Part shown: piece by piece, positions 38,533 through 49,206 of the stretch
Layout of the letters: each line of letters begins with the position of its first letter
Position numbering within the stretch: the stretch's first letter is position 1
Assembly (NCBI GenBank): GCA_024679065.1
Contig: JAGIQG010000011.1
Span: 55,552,001-55,616,000 of the forward strand
Direction: 5' to 3'
Length of the DNA: 64,000 nt
Source: Sphyrna mokarran
Taxonomy: Eukaryota
The notes under the pieces: generated by a model
Databases searched by the model: none
The model's input: the letters and a program-made list of their open reading frames with translations, nothing else
Told to the model about the DNA's origin: nothing
Position numbers and translations under genes: made by a program

Positions 38533-38800
38533 GAACATAGAACATAGAACATTACAGCACAGAACAGGCCCTTCGGCCTTCTATGTTGTGCCGACCAAAA
38601 TAAAAAGCAATGCCCCTCCTAACTAAACCATTCCCTTCTCATCCATATACTTATCAACTAACCTCTTAAACGCCACCAAACTTGGCGCATCTACAACAGC
38701 TGCAGGCAGGGCATTCCACTCCCTAATCACTCTTTGAGTAAAGAACCTACCTCTGATATCCGTCCTATAACTCATACCCCTTAATTTAAAGCTGTGTCTC
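38533..38800 (-). mobile_element. Young CR1 3' end with an intact ORF2 C-terminus
   Basis: Encodes RHSFKLRGMSYRTDIRGRFFTQRVIREWNALPAAVVDAPSLVAFKRLVDKYMDEKGMV*, with a (GAACATA)n terminal repeat. Confidence 0.92.
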
Positions 38801-40424
38801 CCAAATTTGTCTCCCATCAGCTTCTTTAGGCAAACAGTGACTTTTTTTGAGGTATAGTTCCAATCTTCAGCTATCTCACTTGATTTGCCATTCTGCATAT
38901 ATAAACCTGGTGAATGAGTCTTAGCAGTCTTAACTCAATGGAACTTGAAATGACTCTCCCTCGATATTCACACTCAAACTCTCTGACTGATGACAATGAG
39001 TAATGATTGGAGCGGGAACAGTAAACATTATATCTGTCCACAAAAGGGCTCATAAAGAGGCAAAATAATGGAAAATACTGCATTTTTTGCCTGTCTTTAA
39101 AAGTAAATTATGAATTTAATATTGAATTTTACCTCTGTATAAGCAAAGGGGCAAATTATACATTTATGTTCTGATATTAGTCAGGATGTTAGTGAAAGAC
39201 TTAACGCAGGTAATTATTACTAATAAGGAGCTGGAAGTATCAGGTACCAATTCTATAAACTGCATTATGAAAGTAAATATATTTCTTAACTGAATAATTA
39301 CAGGTTTGAGTTATGATGCATTTGCTGTGGTCTTAATATGCTTAAGCTGTTGCACACCTGAAACAATCAACATATCAAAGACCAGTTTATTATATGGTAC
39401 ATAAAATTAGAGAGCGTGTAGAAATACAAAAGACAATCAAGGACTGCCAATAGAGTTTTGTTGGAATCAGTCATCATTTTTAAATGTGCTTTTTAAGAAA
39501 TAGTCGACTGACTTATAAGTAGTCGTTTTGTAACGTTGAAAGAAAACGTTTACCACAAACATTTAAAAAAGGCACAATGTAATTTTGTAAACATTCCTTC
39601 TGGTATGCTGTTCTCAAGATTTCTTCTGGAGATGGGGAATTAGAATGCAGCTTTCTACATCCTTTTGGTTGTAATTTTATATTCTCTTCATACTAAACCA
39701 AAATTCTCAAATTTATCTGTGTGATCTCAGTGTCACATTTTAAGTTAGCAATTACTGATTGATTTACAACAATCAACAATTTGCTAGAACATTCCTCCTT
39801 TTTAAGTCATCTTTTCAATTACATACATGATTTATTTTCTTTGTACTATTGGCAGTGATACTAAAAATGTTAACCTAAATTTTTATTGCAAGATAACACT
39901 GAACAGTCAAAATTCCTTTCTCTACTATTAACTGTTCAGTATAAACAGGCTGTGGACAACTTTTTTGAAAACATGCACAGAGGAATTTCAAGTAAGTAGC
40001 TGTATATTAATATCTTGTGTTACAATCTCAGACTATAGATGTAGGGATTTTGAAACATTTATGCTTATATCTGTGACTGCAAATATACTAAATTTTGCCT
40101 GGTTAATTGACTTTGCTTTAAATCAATAATGACCAGAATGATTTGCCATTAAACAAATCAGGGTTCATTACCCTGATATCGATTTCAAATTGCAATGCTT
40201 TGTATATCGCATCCTAGAAAAAATGGACTCTTCTACAAGGAGAAATAATGTATATTCAATTCATACAATAACTGATAAAAGTCCAAAGTAGTATAAATTG
40301 TCAAACAGTCTTAAACCAGTCTCATCTATCTGGCACTGGCCAAATTTTTCTGATCTTGCAGCGACAAATTTACTCCAGTCTATAAACGAGCAGATTAATG
40401 TATTGAACATCGGTTAAATAAGAG

Positions 40425-40517
40425 CATGCAAGTTTAGTTGAAAATATTACCTTTAATATTTCGTCCGTTGTCTACGTTGCACCACAGCGACAAGTAAGAA
40501 AAAAGAGACAAGAAAGG
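40425..40517 (-). promoter_or_regulatory. Splicing-regulatory context of the microexon: displaced polypyrimidine tract, UGC near the 3' splice site, downstream UGCAUG
   Basis: On the minus strand the pyrimidine tract lies at about -20 to -46 (40491-40517), TGC at -10 to -8 (40479-40481) and TGCATG at +21 to +26 after the donor (40425-40430). Confidence 0.6.
40451..40471 (-). CDS. KCNH7: KCNH7 21-nt microexon encoding (D)NGRNIK
   Basis: Minus strand reads caacgtAG|ACAACGGACGAAATATTAAAG|GTaata. Splicing it in frame between the flanking exons gives RHASE-DNGRNIK-GPFNH, matching the recalled mammalian ERG3 sequence RHASEDNGRNVKGPFNH. Confidence 0.93.
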
Positions 40518-40939
40518 TACTAAATGCTAAACTGTAAATTTGAAAACGGAATCATTTTACTTCAGAGTGTAAGTGCTCAGTCTTATAAATACACCATCTC
40601 TCACTATCAGGACCTCCATTATGGGGCTATACAGCCTTTGGGTCTGAACCTTTAATGATACATTTTCTGGTATTTCATGCAGCATGCATTCAAAGGGAAC
40701 CTCACGATAAGTTGCAATAAGCTTTTGCAGAACATACCTCATCACAGCATGTGAGATAGTTGCTTTTCAAAGGTTGAGTGATAATGAGAATGAAGAGGTG
40801 CTGCGAAGAATGATAAAAAGAACCAGGGGTTTTAATATACCCATTAGATTCATACACAGTTCTGGTGGCTGGTTTCAGATGTACATGAAAGACTGCTGAT
40901 GAATGGGAGGATATTTTAAGCTTTAGTCTTAAAAAAGTT

Positions 40940-41050
40940 AGATTTTCCCACACCACCACTGTTGTCTTGCTGCTGGGGAATCCGCTGCGGGGGTTCACTT
41001 CGGCAGAACTGGAATATCCTGGCGGTGGGAAGGACTGGAAAATCCTGTCC
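40940..41050. mobile_element. Partial MITE (family of 28940-29130, inverted)
   Basis: ttcggcagaactggaatatcctggcgg...actggaaaatcctgtcc terminus. Confidence 0.6.
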
Positions 41051-41786
41051 AAAGTTAGTTTTCCAGTTGAGACCTATAATATCTGCTACACTTAAAATGG
41101 CAGAGACTCATAACACTAATTAAATAAATGCTCAAGTGGGGAAAAACTGCGACAGACTTGAACCATTACTGTGAGCAGGATTATCTGGCCTTGCCTGACA
41201 CCAGTATTGTCCAATCCCACAGAAAGTCAATGAACATTTGGCTGGGCCACCTCGTTGCCCATGGTGGGTCTCACTACAGCAGGGCTGGAAGATCCCAACC
41301 TGTATATTAATATTCTTTTGTTTATGTCTAAGAATGCTTGTAATGATATTGAGGAAAAAATTCAGTTTACATAATAATATAACTGAGGTGGCCATTTTAC
41401 TAATAACTACAACCAGAATTTTACATGATACCAAGCTTCAATGATGTGTATTGCAGTAGAGGGTAATGTTTCAAAGACAAAAGTTATCTCAGCCTGGAAG
41501 ACAGTAATGGACATTTTTCTCAATAACTTTTCAGATTTTCTGCTGATGACTTTTGAAGGTAAATGCAAATATAAAAATATTCTTCTTGCAGCAAAACATG
41601 AATTCCAAAGCATCTTCACCTTAGAAAAAGAAATCCCAACAAACTTAATTCACCAAGATAAAAATAAAGAGTGCTGAATGGACTGTTCATTACTGGGATG
41701 TATCTGCAGGATCATAGCTTACCCGCACTGCTTAAAGCACTACTTAAAGGCAAAGTGTATTGTGGCTGGAACAGGTCCTGGAAGTC

Positions 41787-42034
41787 ATGGCTGAAGGAAA
41801 TTTGACACTCCAGACAAGAGCACTGGATCAAAAGTTTTCAGATACTATACTGGAGGTCTTAGTGGAAGAGTTGAAAAGGAGGAGCAATGTCCAGTTGTCA
41901 CAGGGGCAAGGAGGCCCTCCAGATATATTATCAAATGCGAGTGGGTGCTTGTGTCATAGAGTTCAAAGCTAGGAGTCAAGCCCCGAGGACCTAGGTGCAG
42001 TGGTACAAGAAGTTCAATTATCTCATCCAAGTGT
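41787..42034 (+). pseudogene. Relic of a PIF/Harbinger-associated Myb/SANT-like DNA-binding protein gene
   Basis: RALDQKFSDTILEVLVEELKRRSNV, then with frameshifts RRPSRYIIKCEWVLV...RSQAPRT*VQWYKKFNYL. This fits the Myb/SANT-like pattern F.....L..LV.......W..........R...Q..KK...L and contains stops. Confidence 0.75.
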
Positions 42035-42329
42035 TTATGTCCTGCCCCTGTGTGCTCCTTGCCAGTACTTGTGAAATTGCACAGAGCACTGTTAAATCAA
42101 GTGAGAAAAGTCAGCTGTGAAGCACTCTGAGCAATTTCATACAAGTAGTCAAGGTCATTGAATGCATCATCGAATGCCATATCCTACCAACTGCATTCTT
42201 AGCCTCAGCTACAGCTCAAATCAACCTCCCCTCACCACTGCCATGACTTAACTACCAATCTCTTTCAACAGGCTTCATTCCAAACAATCATATGGTTCAC
42301 ATTGCCCTCTCACACTTGGGGTGGAAGAG

Positions 42330-43100
42330 TGTTGATCAGGGGTGAAGAGCTGTGCAAAACGAGTCGGTTTCACATTAACATTTCTCACTTGATTTAACAG
42401 CATTCTATGCAATTTTAAAGTGGTGACGAGTATCACATAGCGGCAGGGCATAAACATATTGGCAATGCAGGAAATCTGAGATTGGGGTGCTATTTTTGAA
42501 GATGTATAATTAAAGAACACCCTCACCCCCACAATAGACATCTGCGTCACCCTACAGATATCACCCCACCCCAGTGGATAAGGGGAATATCCTCCCTTCT
42601 CCACACACATAGAAGGGACCCTCTTCAATGGCAAATGGTAACCACATATCCCAAAGGACAGTGCCAACTGGCAATACCCCCTGCCTGTGCACCCTAGCAT
42701 AATGCCAGGGGGTAAAGTTAGGGTCTACAGGCATCTTCGCGCCTCCGGTTTGATTATCATTGGTTTTTACTTTTGAAAAGCACTAGTGATTTGAGCTNNN
42801 NNNNNNNNNNNNNNNNNNNNNNNNNNNNNNNNNNNNNNNNNNNNNNNNNNNNNNNNNNNNNNNNNNNNNNNNNNNNNNNNNNNNNNNNNNNNNNNNNNNN
42901 NNNNNNNNNNNNNNNNNNNNNNNNNNNCCATGGCGGGGGTGTTGGGTGGTATTTTGGTATTTCTGGGTGCTCCTGGGTGTGAATCTGATCATGTCACCAG
43001 CAGGGAGGCAGGAGGTGGGGATGATCTTAAACTGAGATCCTACCAGTGCAAATCCCATTCCAGGATTTGTGGCTGTGGCTAAGGGGGCTGCTAAATTGCA
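42330..43100. mobile_element. TIR-element remnant spanning the assembly gap
   Basis: GGGGTGAAG start, ggca/tgcc-rich interior like sister elements and a GCTAAATTGCAGC end. Continuity across the gap cannot be verified. Confidence 0.4.
42798..42927. other. Assembly gap (130 N)
   Basis: Run of n characters. Confidence 1.
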
Positions 43101-43104
43101 GCTT

Positions 43105-43672
43105 TCGTATTAGAATAGAACAGATCAAAGTGTTGCTTCAGCTATATAAAAGCCTGGTCAGATCTCACCTGGAATACTGTGAAAAATTTACCATGACTTA
43201 AGGACTTTGACTCCAAATATCATTCTGATAAATCCAGTTTGTACTTGGAACAATTACAGGTTGGATTTATTAGAATGATATCTGCACTCAAAGTGTTAAA
43301 TTACAAGGCAAGATTCTTAAAATCCAGGATTGTATTCACTGAAATGTAGAAGGCTAAATGTGACATGATCAACATATTAAAGGAAACTGCTGGTTGGATG
43401 GGGAGAAACTATTTCAGCTAAATGTCAATCGTTTAGGAATGAAATTAGAAAAAGCCTCTAACTGTAATTACTGCTAAAAGTTTGGAACTCTGCAGCAGTT
43501 GATGCTAATGTTAATTTTAAAACCGCAACTTACAAATTTTTGTTAATCAAGGATATTAATGTATATGGAGCACAGGCAGGTATATGGAATTAGTTTGCAG
43601 ATCAACCACAATTTTATTGAATAGAACAGGCGTGGGGGCTAAATGGCTTACTCTTCTTCCTATGTTCATATG
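43105..43672 (+). mobile_element. Decayed CR1 3' portion
   Basis: Encodes LQLYKSLVRSHLEYC, with the tail ttattgaatagaacaggcgtgggggctaaatggcttactcttcttcctatgttc. Confidence 0.85.
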
Positions 43673-43799
43673 CTGCAAGACACCTTTCAAAGACTGCATA
43701 TCTGCCAACCATTCAATTCTGACAGTCGTATCAGCCGAATGCACAATCGCTTTGGCCCAATTCTTCTGATCAGTGTTGAAATTGTTGCATCTAAGGCTA

Positions 43800-44675
43800 A
43801 TCTGACCCAAAACTACCCACTTACAAGAGCTTTAAAAAGGCCAGACTCCCGATCTGCAATGCAGAACTCCCTCAGTGCAGGAATCCATGCAGAAAGCAGC
43901 AATGAGAATCTACACAAAAGCCATGCTCTTCTTTTCATGGCACTATCAGCTGTAAGGTAAGTTTAAATGTCCATTGTGAATTTAATGATTGGGTAATGAA
44001 TGAATGCTAGTGAACAGATAAATGAATGAATGAGGGAATATGTTGTGTGGTGAGATGGATGCAGTCAGTGGGCAAGTGGATCGTGTTAGCATAGTAAGAT
44101 GGCAGGTGGATAGGTGGTAGGGTGGCATGTGGGTAGAGTAGGGGGTAGCATTGCAGGTGGGTTGGGGAGGTAGGGGATTATTTGTGGGGGCAGGGCTGCA
44201 GGTGGGCAGTGTGGTTAGTGGCCAGGATGGCAGATGGGTTAGGTGGATAAGCGGTTTGGGAAATAGTTGGATCAGGTCCAGTCAGGATGTAGGCAGGTTG
44301 GTGGCTAATCAGGTCAGGCTGGGAAGGAGAGTCGGAGTGGGTTGGGTCCAGTGTGGGTGTTGAAGGTTGGTCATGGGGCTAGCTAGGCAGTCATTGTGAA
44401 TGATTGCAGGGTCACTTGTATAGTTACCCAGGAATTAGACTAGGATTTTTTGACTTAACATTTCCAGGGTAATTATTTAGATAAGTTTGTTGGAACTATT
44501 CAAACTCTATCTCAGAGCTAGAGACTTCTTCAGAGGGTCCTGGGGAGCAGATGGTTCAAGTTTCTCAGACAATTCCCTGAGAGTCTGAGAGTTGGGACAT
44601 CTGCAGGATTCTAACCAGCATCTTGCATTGTATGTCAGGACTCCAGTGATCCAAAGACTGGAAGATCTGGGCCTT
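43800..44675. mobile_element. Old non-autonomous TIR element with a G-rich low-complexity core (44040-44390)
   Basis: GGAAGATCTGGGCC terminus and a GT-rich interior like other elements here. Confidence 0.45.
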
Positions 44676-44909
44676 TATTTCCCAGCTGCATCTGCCAGTT
44701 CAGGGGACAGGTCGGCTGGAACCCTGCAAGCCCCTTTGCACATGATGGTAGCAAGCAGATATTGCATGACAGCAAACAGAACTCTTGCTGCTCTTCAAAC
44801 ATTTTGATTCACTCCACATCATATCTTAAAATGGCTCAATGCATTGGATACAGCAATTGGCCCTGTCAACATCAACTGTAGTGCTGAAGACTTGTGCTCC
44901 AGGACTAGT

Positions 44910-45130
44910 CAGAATTCGTATAGAGCAGAAAGAGGCCATTCAGCTCACTGAGTCTGCACCAACCCTCTGAAAGAGCACTCCCTCACCCTATCCTTGCACA
45001 TTGATCACGGCCAATTCATTTAACCTGCACACCTTTGGACTGTGGAAGGAAACTGCAGCATCCGGAGGAAACCTGCACAGAAATGGGGAGAATGTGCAAA
45101 TTCCACACAGCCAGTCACCCAAGGTGGGAA
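44910..45130 (-). mobile_element. HE1-type V-SINE (5' truncated)
   Basis: ctttggactgtggaaggaaactgcagcatccggaggaaacc...gagaatgtgcaaattccacacag is the reverse complement of the V-domain. Confidence 0.85.
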
Positions 45131-45139
45131 CAAAATGGA

Positions 45140-46080
45140 ACATTTTCTACTGATTGGAATCTTACCTAGCACAAAAGAAGATGGTTGTGATTGTTAGAAG
45201 TCAATTATTTTAGTCCCAGGACATCACTGCAAGAGTTCCTCAGGACTTCCCAAGCTTCATCATCTTCAGCTTCTTCATCAAAACCTTGCCTCCAACAAAG
45301 CCCAGAATAGGGATGCTCTCTGATGATTGCACAGTGTTCAGCTTCATTTGCAACTCCTCAAACTCTGCATTCGGCAAGACCTGGCTAACATTCAGGTTTG
45401 AGCTGAGAGTTGGCAAATAACATTTGCATCACATAAGTGCCAGGCAGTGCCATCCCCAATCAGAGAAAATCTCCCCCTTTCTCCTCAACATTCAATGGCA
45501 TTACCATCCTTGAATATCCCATTGTCAATGTTCTGCAGTTACCATTGACTCGAAACTAAACTGGACCAACCATTATGAACAATGTGGCGAAAGCTGCGTG
45601 TCAGAGGCTAGGAATTCTGCAGCAAGTAACTCACCTAACTCTCCAAATCCTGTCTACCATCTGCAAGGCACTGATCAGGACTGTGATAGAACACTGGCCA
45701 CTTGCCCGGTTGAGTTGCCAGATCAACAAAATTCAAGAGGCCCAACATCCTCCAATACAAAGCCCACTTGATCTGCAGCCCAGTCCTCACCTTAAAAATG
45801 AATTCCCTCCACTACTGACACACAGCAGCAGTCTATATCATTTGTAAGACATACTACAGTAACTCACCAAAACTCCTCCAACAATATCCTCCAACCTGTG
45901 ACCACCTAGAATGGCAAAGGCAACAGCTGCATGGGAACTCCCATTGTGGGAGCACTGCAAGGATACCTACACCACATGGACTGCAGCAGTTGAAGAAGGC
46001 CATGGCATGTTTTCAAGGGTAGTTAGGGGTGGGCACCACATGCTGGCCATGCCAGCTGTGGTCACATCCCATGGATGAAT
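45140..46080 (+). mobile_element. CR1-like LINE (second subfamily), RT to 3' end
   Basis: Encodes SYLAQKKMVVIV...DITARVPQ, MLSDDCTVF and WTNHYEQC, with the tail tttcaagggtagttaggggtgggca...tgctggcc. Confidence 0.85.
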
Positions 46081-47885
46081 GTTGTCTGTTAGCGAACCAG
46101 CCCGAGCTGATTTTGCCTGTGTGTGAGATGGTGCAGAGGCAACTTGGGAGAAATACAATCAAAAGCACAAAGCAGATAGATTCAAAGTAAGAAATCAACC
46201 AGCACCTAAGTAAGTGGCTGATGATTTCTTCAAATAAAGCTGCAAGTAGGGGTGTTCATTCTGCTGTAAATTTGTTTTTGTTGTGGAAGTTGAGAGAGGA
46301 CATTGGCTGAAATGTAGCTCCAAATGGTACCACTGACATCAGATCACTGTGATTGATGTCAGGACCTGCCTTTTCTGCACACTTTCAGTGGATGTTCACT
46401 TTGCCCACGTGAGTTAATGTCTGCACCCAATTGCATCAGACACAATTTGCCCCACAAATGTACGTAAGTGCTGCAGGTGCCTTTTGGAGCTTTGTCAGTG
46501 CTCAGAGCATCTAATAAAATGGTGCCAATGAGACTAATTTCTCACTCAAGGGTTTAGTACAGAATCCTAAGGAGTAGAGCTGACTTACCATCAAAGGTTA
46601 GCAAATCAGCAATGGGTAGCTGAGGGTATGGAAGGGGATATATAGGTGGACAAAGGTGTAGCGATAATGGTGGATGAAATCACAGACAGACTTGAAGATG
46701 AAAATGAATGTTTTACATACAATATTTAGCATGACTGGGAATATGGAACCAGGAGGCACCTGAAGGGTTCCGTTCCAAAATATTACTGGCCCCCTCTCAG
46801 CACTCCCAGACTGCTTCCTCCTCACATTGCTTCTACTCCTGATCAATCTCTATCCCTTGTAGAATCTACCTGAGGACTGCCACCAAAATGGAGACTGGCC
46901 CAACTTTGTCCATATGGATCTTCCTCTGGACACCCAATGGCATTCCCAGCTCACCAGTAATATGCTGATGAGATCCAATATCCACGTTCCAGTGAGACCT
47001 GGGCTTTTGATATCAGGTTTGCATTCTCAAAAGTGTTGCTTATTTCAGGTTCAATTGCAGTCAATATCATTTTCATCCATCAAGTCTAAAGATGACAACA
47101 ATGTGGATAAGGCTTTGGCAGCTTTAGACTAAGGTAGTCTCACATGGAGTGAAATATTATACAGCTGTAATATTGATGGATTTGTTGAGTGAGATACAAA
47201 AGGGCCATTATTCTATGATTCTATCTATTTTAACTAATCCTATATATACTTTCATTTTCTATGTTTACTGGGCTGCCTCTGGTAAAGGGTGACTAAATAT
47301 ATAAGGAGGTTCACTCACCCTGAATATAGTGATTGTCTGACACATCATGCCTAAAGATGCTGTTAAGAGTGACTCATCCTACATCAATTGACTCCCCTTA
47401 GTAATTCACAAATGGCTATTTATAATGACTCAACCGACATTTGACTCATTGTACGAAAGGCCATAACTACTGACTCATTTTCTATATAGAGACCATCTAT
47501 AGGGCTCAACTCTCTTCAGGGTATATGTTTTATAGTTTTCTCTGCAATAGAAGACCACCAATTGCGAATATTCTCTATACAATACAACGGTCCATGTGTA
47601 CAAAGGGTTTGCCTAATTTTAATCACCAAAAGAGGCACAATGACTCACTGGGCATAACTGTAGGGAACTGGGGAAATACCATCTTTTTCATAGACAATTC
47701 CATTTGTTGTCCATTCCCCAGAAGGCACTGGGAAATGTATATTGAAAATCAGGATTTGTGGACTGAATGATTAAAACTTATTAACCTTGTGATTAAATCA
47801 TTTGCAAGTCCACATTTTCTGAAGTAATAACATGTAAAATCTAAACTCATAGAAAACATGCTTTGTAAAGCAGTGAGATGCCTAC

Positions 47886-48320
47886 CTTCACTTGCATGTC
47901 GATCCCTAAATATAATCCGAGAGTTAACATGGTATCCTTCAATGTCATGGGCGGAAGAGGCTCTTCTCATACTGCACACACTTTCTCTTGACTGACTGTA
48001 CGTTAGACCAGAGGTAGACTGCAATGTGTCTGGATTCAGTCCATCCCAATGTCGCTTTGGTGAAGAATGATCCAGGGGTCCTGGCAAATTTACAAATGGC
48101 GGAGAACTATCTGGCTCTGTCAATGCTTTAGTGTCTTCGAACTCAGAAGGGCCACAGCTTTCGCTTGTGGGGGATTTCAAGTCTTTCATGGCCAAAGAAT
48201 CATCGCTTACTTGAGATGGCTCCACTACAACCGCATCTGGGTCCTCTTGAGGAAGAGATTGTTTGCTAGATGTAAGAAGTCTTATTGCAGGCAGCTTTAG
48301 TCTGAAAAATCTTCCTCGGC
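47886..48320 (-). CDS. KCNH7: KCNH7 (ERG3/Kv11.3) internal coding exon, proximal N-terminal cytoplasmic region (human exon 4 equivalent, numbering from memory)
   Basis: Translation (G)[32 protein letters not shown]...[13 protein letters not shown]...[19 protein letters not shown]...FRDRHASE matches the recalled ERG3 motifs [24 protein letters not shown] and RDRHASE. Minus-strand acceptor tttactgtAG at 48321-48322 and donor GAAG|GTaggc at 47884-47885. Length 435 nt, phase 1 at both ends. Confidence 0.95.
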
Positions 48321-48847
48321 CTACAGTAAATGAAGTAAATGAACATGAACAATAAATACTAATCATTTGTTTACTCAGACTAAAATACCCAATAACAAGA
48401 ACATACAGGAAACAAAAGCAGACATTGACAATAGCAAACACATGCCAGATCTCTCCATCTGCTGCTACATTTAAAACAGAAATTCTGTTCCTTGACAGTG
48501 GGCTGATATGTTAATTGCTCACAATTAACAAGATGCACAAACTACTAAATTGCAATCTGATCAACTTTGAAATATTCATAAATGTTTCATTGATATGCCA
48601 GGAAAAGGATTCAAGAGTTGTGTGTGCATTGAAGAACATTTTTGAGCAAAAAGAACAATTTTGATTATAGATGGCATTTTAAATATACACATGATTTTGT
48701 CATCATTTTCTGAACAAAGGAGATGACAAATACAGGGAACAAATCATACTGTGGACACTAGAATAAATTAAGAAAATAACAGAGACTACGTATTATCATG
48801 CACAAGCTTGAGACCATTCCTATCCTGCCAGATTTCATATACACAAT

Positions 48848-49206
48848 GCTGGCACAATGGTTAGTGTTACTGCCTCGTAGCGCTAAGGACCCAGGTTCAA
48901 TTCTCTCCTTGGTTTGCTGTCTATTTAAGTTGATTTATTATTGTCACAAGTAAGCTTACATAAACAAGCAATGAAAATCTGTGTGGAGTTTGCACGTTCC
49001 TTCTGTAACTGCAAGTGTTTCCTCTGGTTTCTTCCCACATTCCAAGGAGTGCGGGTTAGGTTAACTTGCCATGCTAAATTGCCCCTTAGAATTAATGAAT
49101 TAGCAAGGTAAATGCGTAGTATTACGTGATAGGACACGGGTGAGCTTGTGATTGGAGCAGGCTCGATGGGCCAAATAACCTCCTTCTGCGCTGTGGGATT
49201 CTATGG
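48848..49206 (+). mobile_element. HE1-type V-SINE containing a ~52-bp antisense tail insertion (about 48924-48976)
   Basis: Head, V-domain and CR1 tail are present. The insert matches the tail at 36180-36230. Confidence 0.85.

Noticed and set aside
42773-43058. ORFs spanning the N run
   Set aside because: They are artefacts of the assembly gap.
47749-48441. 230-aa ORF as a complete single-exon gene
   Set aside because: Only 47886-48320 is ERG-like and bounded by splice sites. The flanks are intron read-through, and the same applies to ORF 16741-17064.
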